A program made the position numbers and the translations under genes. DNA of 64,000 nt, taken from NCBI RefSeq assembly GCF_009914755.1, contig NC_060933.1. One strand, given 5' to 3'. This DNA is from the human T2T-CHM13v2.0 reference genome, Homo sapiens. A model generated the notes under the pieces. That model was not told where the DNA came from, did not search any database, and saw only the letters and a list, made by a program, of their open reading frames with translations. Below, in pieces: positions 1-9,645 of the stretch (position 1 is its first letter; each line of letters opens with the position of its first letter).

Positions 1-464
1 TGATTGGGAGGCCACCATGAGCACTCTGGTGCACACACACCCTCCTTTGAATGATACAGGCCTCCCTACACCTGAAGTCTACACAATCTACAATAAGGAG
101 GATGGTGGGGGCGAACTAAGGACACCCTTCCTAGGGAGATCAGAACTGGCAGTATACTTGAGTCAACTCCACCCATCCCCTACCCTCCATCACGGCTTGC
201 AGGAAGCTGGGGCAGTCCCTCAGGGACACAACCCCAGGCTTTCCTCTGGAGGGTAGGCCTGGGAGGGTGAGATATTGATATGACTATAGCATACACAATG
301 GTAATGCATCCTGCCCCATCCTGTCACCACTGTCAGAACCCCTCACTCTACCTCTACTCCCTTGCCAAGCCTTAGGGAAAGGCTGTTGCCTGCCCTGCCA
401 TCCCTTGACTGCAGTGGGCAGCTCAAGAAGGAATTAAAGCTAGCTTCTCAAAATCTGTGATCAA

Positions 465-764
465 GGCCAAGTGCAGTAGCTCAGGCCTGTAATTCCAGCA
501 CTTTGGGAGGTCGAGGTGGGAGGATCACTGGAGCCCAGGAGTGTGAGACCAGCCCTGGCAACATAGTGAGACACCATCTCTTAAAAAAAAAAAAAATTAA
601 TTAGCCTGGTGTGGTGGTGCATGCAGGTAGTCCCAGCTACTCAGGAGGTTGAGGTGGGAGGACTGCTTAAGCCTGGAAGGTCAAGGCTGCAGCAAGCCTT
701 GATTGCACCACTGCATTGCAGCCTGGGTGATAAAGGAAGATCCTGTCTCAAAAAAAAAAAAAAA
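465..764 (+). mobile_element. AluJ-type SINE, full-length dimer
   Basis: GGCC..GCCTGTAAT start, two arms, A-rich linker and tail; J-type AGGATCAC..GAGCCCAGGAG and CAACATAGTGAGAC; TSD AAAATCT(G/A)TGATCA at 450-463 and 762-775. Confidence 0.95.
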
Positions 765-1039
765 ATCTATGATCACTGGGCAACCAGACTCCTAATGCCT
801 TCAGGGCATTAGGCTAGGCCTGGCCTGAATCAAAGTATAGCGTTCTGAACTTGGGGGGGCGGGGGAAATAAATGGAAATTGTGGGGTCTGTCAAATGCTC
901 TGAGGAAAAGACAGTTTCCCAAGACAAAGATGCCAGGTCAAGGACGGGGCCCGAGGGGGAGAAAGATCATATGCCTTCCATGCAGATGAGTTTCTAGGCC
1001 ATTTTCTGCAGCTAAGTAGTGACTGAGGGAAAGCTCTAC

Positions 1040-1190
1040 AGCCAGACTTGGTTTTGAATCTTGGCTGCACACCTCTCTAGTTACCTGGCCTTGGATAAGT
1101 TACAAACGCTCTCTGAGCCATTGTGTCCTTGTTGATAGAATGGGCCAGTCATACCTTCTTCATAGAGTTGTTGTGAGAATTAGAAGAAAA
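1040..1190 (+). mobile_element. MIR fragment
   Basis: MIR core: TTGAATCTTGGCT..CCTTGGATAAGTTAC..CTCTCTGAGCC..GTTGTTGTGAGAATTA. Confidence 0.75.
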
Positions 1191-1249
1191 ATATAAATGG
1201 ACACTGCTGAGCCCAGGGCAAGAGCTGGCTCTGAGTTGATGAACCTAAA

Positions 1250-1385
1250 TGTCATTTCTGGGATTGTGCTTAAGTAGGAAGATGTCCTCATTTTGTGAAT
1301 ATGTACACTAAAGAATTTAGGAGTGAAATATCATGTCCATAATTTACTTTAAAACATTCCAAAACATACTGTGAAGTAAATATGG
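1250..1385 (+). mobile_element. old L1M 3'UTR fragment
   Basis: ATGTACACTAAAGAATTTAGGAGTGAAATATCATGTC..TTTACTTTAAAA resembles L1MC/ME 3' ends. Confidence 0.45.
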
Positions 1386-1454
1386 CACCTTTCTTCCTTC
1401 TCTGGAGGACCTCTAGCCAGCACAATACTTACTCACTTTTATTCAAAATCCAGG

Positions 1455-1750
1455 TAACATCATTCATTGCCATGGTTTTAAAAACCATCTACTTGTCAAC
1501 AACTCCAAATTTATATCTGCAAGCCAGACCTGTTTTAAGAACTCTGGACTCAAATATTTGACTGACAATTTGACATCTCATTGCCAACATGTCCTAAATG
1601 GAGTATTTTGTTTCTCATCCCCAAACCTATCCCAACAACCTAGTTCCCTGCCTACCCCATCCCACCTTTTTCATCTTGACAAATAGGACCACTGTTCACT
1701 GAGATGTTTGACTCAGAAACCTGTGCAATAGTCCTGGTCCCTCGTCTTTC
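1455..1750 (+). mobile_element. L2 LINE, 5' part of a copy split by MER52
   Basis: L2 ORF2-like CATGGTTTTAAAAACCATCTAC..AACTCCAAATTTATATCT..CCAGACCT; continues colinearly after 3426. Confidence 0.75.
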
Positions 1751-3426
1751 TGATGGCAGTGGCAGCCTGTCTGGAGTGGCTGCTGACATGACACCAACTG
1801 CAGTGGGGCACTTGTGGCTGGGGCAGTGCACCCCATGGAGCTGGCAGGAGTCCTACCCCCTCTCAAGTTGGAGGGGTGGGAGCCCCACCCTCCCAGGTGT
1901 AGCTGCAGCCACCCAGCCATGGCTACAGACCCAGGCATCCCTGTGCTCTAGGGGACCAGGGAAACCCCTCTGTCCCTGCTGGCTCAAACTGTCTGCTCAT
2001 GCTGCCTGGCTTCTCCCCACTCACAGCACCTGCTCTGATTTCAGACCAAGTTGTGGCTGAACCCAGGCATTATCACTACCTGGCCTGGTGTGCACGTGCT
2101 TGGGGCAGTGCTAATATGCCAGCCCTCTGCCACCTTGGCCCCCTCTGAACTTTGGGCACCAAAAAGCATGGGAGGGAGGCCAAGAGGAGGCTGAGGGCAG
2201 CTTGGCATGGGCCTGCAGGCACCCCTTGCCATGAACAGCCTGGGGACCATGGGCACTGTAGATGACGTACGGATGGCAACAGGAGGCAGACAGGCTCCTG
2301 GGTGGAAAGAGGTGGGTCCCTGTTGAAGTCCCACCTTCAAGCCAGGGACAGCCTGAAGCTTGAGGGCCAGGGTGTCAGTTCTGTGGACCAGAGTGAGAAT
2401 TTATGGTGCTTTTTCTGGGCCCACCTATGGCACCCATGGACCAATCAACACACACATTCTCCCCTCAGAAGCTCATAAAAACCCCAGACTCAGCCAGACT
2501 CAGGCAGAGGACAGAATGTCCTGCCTATGATTAGGAACCCACTCCAGGTCTCCTCTCCACTGAGGGTTGCAGATGATGGGATGACCTGCCTGAGGATAGG
2601 AGCTACCCACTCCAGGTCTCCTCTCTGCTGAGGGGTGCACAGACGTTGGGGTGACCTGCCTGTGGGAGGGAGCTACCCCACTGCAGGTCTCATCTCCTCT
2701 GAGAGCTGGATGCTAATGGGGACAACCTGCCTGCAGAAAGGAGCTACCCACTTTGCGTCTCCTGAGGACTGTTCTGCCACTCAGTGAAGCTCTTCTCTGC
2801 CTTGCTTACCCTCCAGTTGTCCACGTACCTTATTCTTCCCGGACACAGAACAGGAACTCAGTACCCACCAAATGGTGGGACTAAAAGAGCTGTAACACAA
2901 ACAGGGCTGAAACACGCCCCCCTGCTCACCATGTTGCAGACAACAAGGAGAGAAGAGCTGTGGCCCTTTTGGAGCCCAGACCTAGGGGCTCCCCAAGCCA
3001 GGGCTGTGATACCTTTTTGGATTTCTGTGGTTCCTGGCATCTCCGTGCTTCCAGGCAGCACTGCGTTCCCCGTGTCCAGAAATGTGTGCCCTCAGAGGAA
3101 GCCACATACAGTGTATCTGGTCCAGCTGCAGCCCTGCACAGAGCTGGTACCTGGAGTTGCCTGCCCTGTGCAGCAGCCAGTGTGCTTAGCTGTGAACAGT
3201 GGCTGGACCACATGCTTGCTTACCCACACACTCCTCGCCACTCTGTACCTGGCTTCTGCTTGACCAGTGTGGGATCCTGGCCAGTAGTGCAAAATGAGTA
3301 GTGCATAGCCTGCTGGGCCAAGTGGTCAGAACAACCCCAGCGGGCATGAGCAATACTCAGGCAGAAGGCGCCACCAGCTGCAGAGGTTTCTGGCTGGCGA
3401 AGTGACACCCTAAAGATCCTGTGACA
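1751..3426 (+). mobile_element. MER52 (MER52A-like, ERV1/MER4 group) solo LTR
   Basis: Begins TGATGGCAGTGGCAGCC, ends GAGGTTTCTGGCTGGCGAAGTGACACCCTAAAGATCCTGTGACA; TG..CA termini; near 4-bp TSD TTTC/CTTC; ~1.68 kb. Confidence 0.88.
2515..2770 (+). repeat. degenerate ~60-70 bp tandem repeat inside MER52 (about 4 units)
   Basis: Recurrent ACCTGCCTG..GGAGCTACCCACT..AGGTCTCCTCTC..CTGAG. Confidence 0.8.
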
Positions 3427-4122
3427 CTTCCTCACTGCCACATCCAGTCCATCAGCATTCCCTGTTGATCTTACCCTAAAGATTGCCGCTACCTGCCCCC
3501 TTCCCACCATCTCCGCTGTGACCCATACCTAGACCACAACAGCAGCTTATGAAGTTCACCTCCCTGCTTTGGCTCTTGCTCCTTGTAATTCACTCCCCCT
3601 ATGGCCAGCATGAAGGCATAAACCCAATCATTTTACTTGCCTACTAAAAAGTACCAGTAAGTTCCCTTGTGCGTATACAGTTAAATCCACATGCCTCGCC
3701 TTGGCCTGTAAAACCAAGCATGACTCCCATCTTCATCTCCATCGTCTTCTCCCTCCTCTCCTTCTCCACTCCCTCTCTGTCTTTCACTGTACTCCAGCCA
3801 CACTGGCCCCCTTTCTGTCTCTCCAACATGCCAATCTCTTTCTCTTTCTGGGCTTTCCATTAGGCTGTTTCCTCTGGCTTGAATTCTCTCCCTTCCTCTT
3901 CCTGTTTCTAGCTCATTCCCATCCTTCTAGTGGCAGCTTAAATTTTATCTCTTTGAGTGTCCTTCTATGACACCTAAATCTCAAATAGACCCCTCTGTCA
4001 TTCTCATAGCCCCCTAATCTCTTACCCTTCATAAACGGAAGTATCATCTGTTTACCACATATATCCAGTGCTTGGCATAGGGCTTATTAAGTATATGTTC
4101 TACACATGAATTGAATGAATTA
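3427..4122 (+). mobile_element. L2 LINE, 3' part
   Basis: Pyrimidine-rich L2 3' region ending CCAGTGCTTGGCATAG..TGAATTGAATGAAT tail. Confidence 0.75.
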
Positions 4123-4280
4123 AAAATTCTACTGCCCTTATTTCACATTCCCATCTGTGAGCCCCACTTCTCCATTCTCAGACCCAGGTTCCAGGCCACA
4201 CCCATCTGCCAGCCACACTGTGGCCAGAGAGCCCCTCTCTGTGAAGCTCTGCAGCTCTCTCATACTTCCTACCTGCTCAC

Positions 4281-4642
4281 CACTCTGCATCCCAGGGCTC
4301 TTGGAAGGCAGGTTGGTTGACCTGGTAGATGAAGTGGTACTTGTGGTCCAACACACCGTTGTGTACACATATGTAGGTGTTAGTTCTGTGTGTTTCATAT
4401 GCAATCTTTTATTTTTCTTGCAACAACTGCTGCCACTAGGTTGCCCATCCAACAACTTCTGCAAAATTGGACCATGCAAACATGAACAGCAGACTACAGG
4501 CCATCATTTTCTCATGTTGGGGGCTCCATCAGAGGCCTTCTCCTTGCGCCTTTTGAGGTGATTTCCTGCTGTTGCTGGGGTCCGCGTTTGGACCACCTTT
4601 GAACATGGAAGCCTCTCCCATCCCAGGGTGACTCTGGCTTTC
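4281..4642 (-). pseudogene. candidate decayed coding exon of unknown gene
   Basis: Minus frame ..EGL*WSPQHEKMMACSLLFMFAWSNFAEVVGWAT*WQQLLQEK*KIAYETHRTNTYICVHNGVLDHKYHFIYQVNQPAFQEPWDAE; 23 of 30 codons in 4381-4292 end in G/C; in-register antisense shadow ORF 4157-4561; donor GTG|GTGAGC at 4280. Confidence 0.45.
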
Positions 4643-5294
4643 CTATCAGACTCTGTGCTCATGAGAAGTGAATGCTGCAATCGCAGGGCTCACTCTGAGG
4701 TCGCAATTACGTAAGGATTATTAATGAAGCAACAATGTCAAAATTGTGTGAAATCAAACTCAGATTTAAGTACTTAAAATAAACAGATATAAAGTAACAG
4801 ATGTCCCGTTTTGTTCTCAGATGATTTCATCCCTTGTTAAAAATAAACGTCTGGCTTGAAAGGAGAAAAAAAATAAAAGAGACTTTACTTCCATGTTAAA
4901 AATTAATTGAATCCAGAGATTGGTAAAGCAACTAAGTGGTGTGGGTTTTTTTTTTTTTTCATTAAGGCAAAGACATATTTGTGTTGATTTTTATTTCAGC
5001 AAGTAATGAATTCATTGCATAGCCCCAACTTTCGTAGGCCTAAATCACATCCTTTGAAACCCAAAGGGAAAATTTCTCCAAAGTTATTATGTAGATAAGA
5101 ATGGGGCCTCATGTGTCTATCTGAGAAGAATTTAGTTCGACGCTAAACCCCGAAGGATGCAACAGCAGAGGCTTCGAAAATCAGGAGTCCAGAGTGTCAT
5201 TTTCTGAAGCCACAAATTCCCACTGTGGAGCTCTTGCCTTGGAATTTCAGTGTGGAATTCCCAGAGACAACTCCTACTGAAATTAGTAATGAGA

Positions 5295-5460
5295 AAGGCA
5301 AATTAGGTCATCTTGTCCGTCCCCCTGCCAGTTTCCTACACTGTGGTTAATTTTCTCCTCCTTTGATCAGATACATTTTAAATGTTTCAAGAGATGGAAA
5401 TTGCACCAGTTGTCTCTCTCCAGAGTCTTACCGTCTACTGAAGTTATAGGACTCCATTTT
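5295..5460 (-). mobile_element. possible ancient CR1/L3-type LINE 3' fragment
   Basis: AGGTCATCTTGTCCGTCCCCCTGCC..TTTTAAATGTTTCAAGAGATGG resembles antisense CR1 3' ends. Confidence 0.4.
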
Positions 5461-5974
5461 CTGCCCGTGAGACTCAGAGGAATTTTTCGAAGAGTGGAAG
5501 GTTGTTTGTGGGCTGGAAACTGTCTTTACCTCCCCCAAATTTCTCATCATTTTCTGGTCATGGCCCAATTCACAGGGATTAGGAATCCAGAGGTATGTTC
5601 ATCGCCCCAAATCACAAAATGGCCCCGAGAACATCCAAAGAAAATAATTTATTTGTAGAATCTGAGTACAAACACAAGGGGATTGATACTGATGCCCTTG
5701 AATAAAAGATGGGGCAGCTTGGCCCTGATGCCAGCTTTCTGTGCAAGAGAGTTACACGTAACATTTATTGGAGGGGGATAAATAATCCAGATCAGAAACC
5801 ACATGTTCCCAGGAAGAAACTACATGTCTTTCTAAACTGTTAGACACATCTAATAGTAAAAGCACTTTGTGTTTTTGAACGAATTAAATATTTCACTGCC
5901 TTTATTTCCAATCTCAATCTCTGAACCCTACGTCTGGAAAACCCAACATTACATTAGCAATGAAAAGCAAAATA

Positions 5975-6075
5975 CAGAATAGTGGCAATGACTGCACATA
6001 AAGTATATTGTAGACGTAGTCAATGTCACTGAATTCTAAACTTAGAAATGGTTAAAATGGCAAAGAAAAAATGTA
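5975..6075 (+). mobile_element. L1M 3' terminal fragment
   Basis: AATGTCACTGAATT..ACTTAGAAATGGTTAAAATGGCAAA. Confidence 0.6.
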
Positions 6076-6391
6076 AAAACCCAAAGCCATTCTAACTGTA
6101 CCAGAGGACGGCGGTGGCGGGGGGTGGGGGGGTGGCTTTCTGCAATGGGTAGAGCAGGTGGACACGGGAGAAAGGGAGACCTCTTCTTCCTTGTTTTAAA
6201 GCACACGCCTTGGCTCTAGGAGATGAGACGTGGGGTGATGGAGTGGGCAGTGGGCTGAGAGGCACAGACTGGTGTGGTTTCACACAGGTCCATCCCTTCC
6301 CTTCTCAGCACATCCCTCTGCACATTTTCCATAGAGGAAGAGGGTGGGACAACATGTTCTCTGAGGTCTCTTCAGCCCTAGCATGTTGCTG

Positions 6392-6881
6392 TTTATGGCA
6401 GACACTGTTATGGCCAATTCCCCATCCATTCTCTTTTCCACTTACTAACAGAACCTCCTTTTTGATTTTGAGTGTCACTATGCCAAATTATTTAAAATAA
6501 ATAAAAATCAAAAGCTCTCTTCCACAGGCTCCCTTGCAGCTGGGGGTTGGCTATGTGACTCAGTTCTAGCCGATGAGATGTCAGCAGAAGTCCCTGGGGA
6601 GATAGTCTCTGTGTCTCCCCCTTTTTCATCCTCTTTGCCCCATCGTGGTTGCAATACTTCACGTGATCTTCTTGCAACCATGGGGATAAAGCAGGAGGAG
6701 AGAGGGAAGTTTGGCCTGTAGTGATGGGATAGAGCTGCCATATAAGCCCTGGACAGACAACTCAACAATTTGCATAGGTGTGGGTGTGGGTGTGAATGTG
6801 TGTCTATCATAAACACCTTTACTTCTTTAAGCCACTGTAGCATGGCTTTCTGTTAAAGCCAAAGACATTTTTAACTGACAT
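6392..6881 (+). mobile_element. MLT1 (J/K-like) MaLR LTR
   Basis: TGGCAGACACTG start; CCCTTGCAGCT..ATGTGACTCAGTTCTAGCC; end TTTAAGCCACTG..TTTCTGTTA..TAACTGACA. Confidence 0.7.
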
Positions 6882-7240
6882 AAATTTCATGTCAATGACA
6901 TTCGAAATTCCACATTACTCACTCCTTTGAATGAAGTGCTGAAGGCTTGTATTAAAATACAAATGGTTTTTGGAAGGGGAACATTTTAAGTTATAACAAG
7001 CCATTGATATCGTAAGTTCAAGAGCATTTATCAAAATAGCTATTCAGTTCAATGGCAGGAACCTAGAGGAACAGGATAGGAGACATGGACTTGGGCGTGA
7101 GGGAGTTTCCTTCAGCAAAGTTCTGATGTAAAGGAGCTTCCTTACTGAGTCACAGCAGAGACGGAGTCCTGAGCTCTGGGCCAGGGGTGCTGGGTGAGGT
7201 GGACAGAGCTTATGGAGAGATGGAGAAAGGCTGGAAAGAA

Positions 7241-7605
7241 TAATATGGTTTGGTTGAGTCCCCACCCAAATCTCATCTTGAATTGTAACTCCCACAATTC
7301 CCAGGTGTCGTGGGAGGAACCTGGTGGGAAGTAATTGAATCTTGGGGGTGCATCTTTCCCATGCTGTTCTCATGATAGTAAGTCTCATGAGATCTGATGG
7401 TTTTAAAAACGGGAATTTCCCTGCACAAGTCCTCTTTTTGCCTGCTGCCATCCATGTAAGACGTGACTTGATCCCTTTCGCCTTCTGCCATGGTTGTGAG
7501 GCCTCCCCAGCCATGTGGAACCGTAAGTCCATTAAACTTCTTTCTTTTGTAAATTGCGCAGTCTTGGGTATGTCTTTATCAGCAGCGTGAAAGTGGACTA
7601 ATACA
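7241..7605 (+). mobile_element. THE1 (THE1A-like) MaLR solo LTR
   Basis: ATATGGTTTGG..CCCACCCAAATCTCATCTTGAATTGTA..CAGCAGCGTGAAAGTGGACTAATACA; 5-bp TSD AAGAA/GAGAA. Confidence 0.93.
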
Positions 7606-8504
7606 GAGAATGCCAAATTATTCCTTGGATTTGTCTCCTGTGGAGGAAGCTTCAACGCTGAATGGCACCTGAAGGCTTCCAGAGTGGTTCTCAGACATTT
7701 AGAAGGGAGACAGGAAGTTTTGTAGTATTTATCCCGGGAGTTTAGAATTTAGTCTGAAGATACCTCCAATTGTGCTTTCTCCTGCTCCCTCCCGTACAGC
7801 CACTTCTTATCTTACCCCTTACTCCAGAGCCTGCTCAAAGCCCAGAGTCTACACTATCCCTTTCTAGCCCCCTGGAACCCCCGACAGCATGTCTGTGCTG
7901 GCTTCCCAGCTCTTCCCTCCCAGTGCAGATATGCACTGCCTCAGCCCTTTTGGTCCAAGCGTCTCCTGAGCCTGGTGTCTCCTGCAGCACTAAATGTCTC
8001 ATGGCCCTTTCTTTCTTTAACCGCATTAAGTACTCACAGCCCAGCACCATGCTAAACTATATCTATGAACCAGCTCCTTCCATCCTGGCCCTGGGCTCAC
8101 CCTCACCCCCAGCCAGGGCCCAGGGCCCTCAGTGTTGCCCTGACAGAACAGGGGCCCCTGTCGGCTGTGTAATAACCCTAAACCTGTTCATCATCCTCCC
8201 TCCTCCTCCCCGCAACCCTCACTTGAAGTAACCTCCTTGCTTCTCCTGCCAACAAGTGCCATGCCCTGTGCTATTTTTGCTGTTAAAAGAGGGACCAGTC
8301 CCTATAACATTTTTTATGAAGGAAATGACTACATCATGAGGCTCAGGGTAAGAGGCAGAAAACAAGGGCCCTGGAGAAAGGGCATTCTGGAGAGGGTCCA
8401 CAGAAGCCAGTCTCACACAGTGCAGGCAGGAAGCCCCCATCCCTGAATACCCAAAAGGCCCTGAGAAACTCACCCAGGGGCAGGGAGCAGAGGCGTTCTT
8501 GAGG

Positions 8505-8710
8505 GGCAGAGTTAAATGCATGGATTTAGCCATCAGACTGACCTGATTTATGTCCCCACTCTGCCACCACATAGCTGTGTGACCTGAGGCAAGTCACTTA
8601 GCATCTCTTAGCCTCAGTTACCTCATCTGTGAATAGGAAGTATAGTTTTAACAGCTAACCTCTCCTAGGCTTCTATGAGAATGCAGTGAGATAAGCCATG
8701 AAAAGTAGTA
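8505..8710 (+). mobile_element. MIR (3' tail resumes at ~9315-9380)
   Basis: GCTGTGTGACCTGAGGCAAGTCACTTAGCATCTCTTAGCCTCAGTTACCTCATCTGTGAA. Confidence 0.85.
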
Positions 8711-9096
8711 TCAGTCTGTCCTGTCAGGAAACAGAAACCACCCTGGGTATTTCAACAAAGGAAGTTTAATACAAGTGATTGGGTATGAATGTTTTGGAAG
8801 GGCTGCTGGAGCAAAACCAGGAAGGCAGTGTTGTTTAGAGATAGGTACCTACAGGAAGACCCTGCCCTCTGGGACAGGAGACCATAGGGAGGTGGGGTTG
8901 CCCATAGCTCACGAGCTCTGCCCCATGGGGCTGCTATGGTGCCTCTGCTTCCTCTACTCTTGTTACCTTGGCTGCCATGATGAGAAAGCAAGGACCTGGG
9001 CCTTTGTGGTCATTGCACGGGCCCAGGAGCTCAACAAACCCCAGGGCATTGTCACTTACCAGCTATGTTAGGGGCCCCATGGTCACCTGCTGTTGT

Positions 9097-9127
<31 letters not shown>

Positions 9128-9300
9128 GCAGCCACCAGCACAAGACACTGGATTAGTTAAAATATCAAAATAATGACTTTTTGCTCCCATTTCCCAGTAT
9201 TCTGTGAGTGCTTCCTATTGACAGAATGGAACCGAACCTGGCAAGGACGTCTGGGAGATGTAGTTTTCAGGCTTCCCAGCCCTGGATACAGAAGAGGAAA
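8710..9300 (-). mobile_element. old LTR of uncertain family inserted in the MIR
   Basis: TCAGTCTGTCCTGTCAGGAAACAGAAACCAC..TTTAATACA is an antisense LTR end; CTGGGAGATGTAGTTTT motif; interrupts the MIR. Confidence 0.4.
9098..9127. repeat. (CTG/CAG)10 microsatellite
   Basis: 10 uninterrupted TGC units. Confidence 0.97.
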
Positions 9301-9524
9301 TCACTAACACAAACAGCACAACTCCTGGCAAATAGTAAGTGCTTGATTATTTTAACCCTCGTCATCATCATTGTTATTATTTGTAGCATACCTTGGTTTT
9401 TTACTTCCTGCAACTGACAAGTAGTGGGGTCTCAATCAAGTTATTTCACCTCTTCACGCTTCCATTTCTTTAAAGAGAATGGATGAGTGCCGGGGCCACA
9501 CACAACAAATAATTTTCTTCTTTC

Positions 9525-9645
9525 CCTCATTTATCCAATCAACAAACATTGCTAAGTACCCTGAATCAGCCAGGCATGGAGCAGGCAACCATGGATATAA
9601 GATCAGCAAGATCAGGTTTGTGCTAAAGGTCACTGTCTCTAGTGA
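9525..9645 (-). mobile_element. L2 3' end
   Basis: CATTTATCCAATCAACAAACATTGCTAAGTACC..GCCAGGCA. Confidence 0.65.

Noticed and set aside
2515-2770. Repeat-spacer-like array (CRISPR-like look)
   Set aside because: Degenerate tandem units intrinsic to the MER52 LTR; eukaryotic context, no unique spacers and no cas genes
1696-3510. Cluster of overlapping 60-160 aa ORFs
   Set aside because: GC-rich MER52 LTR sequence has few stop codons; not genes
7044-7655. 203-aa minus-strand ORF
   Set aside because: Mostly the antisense translation of the THE1A LTR
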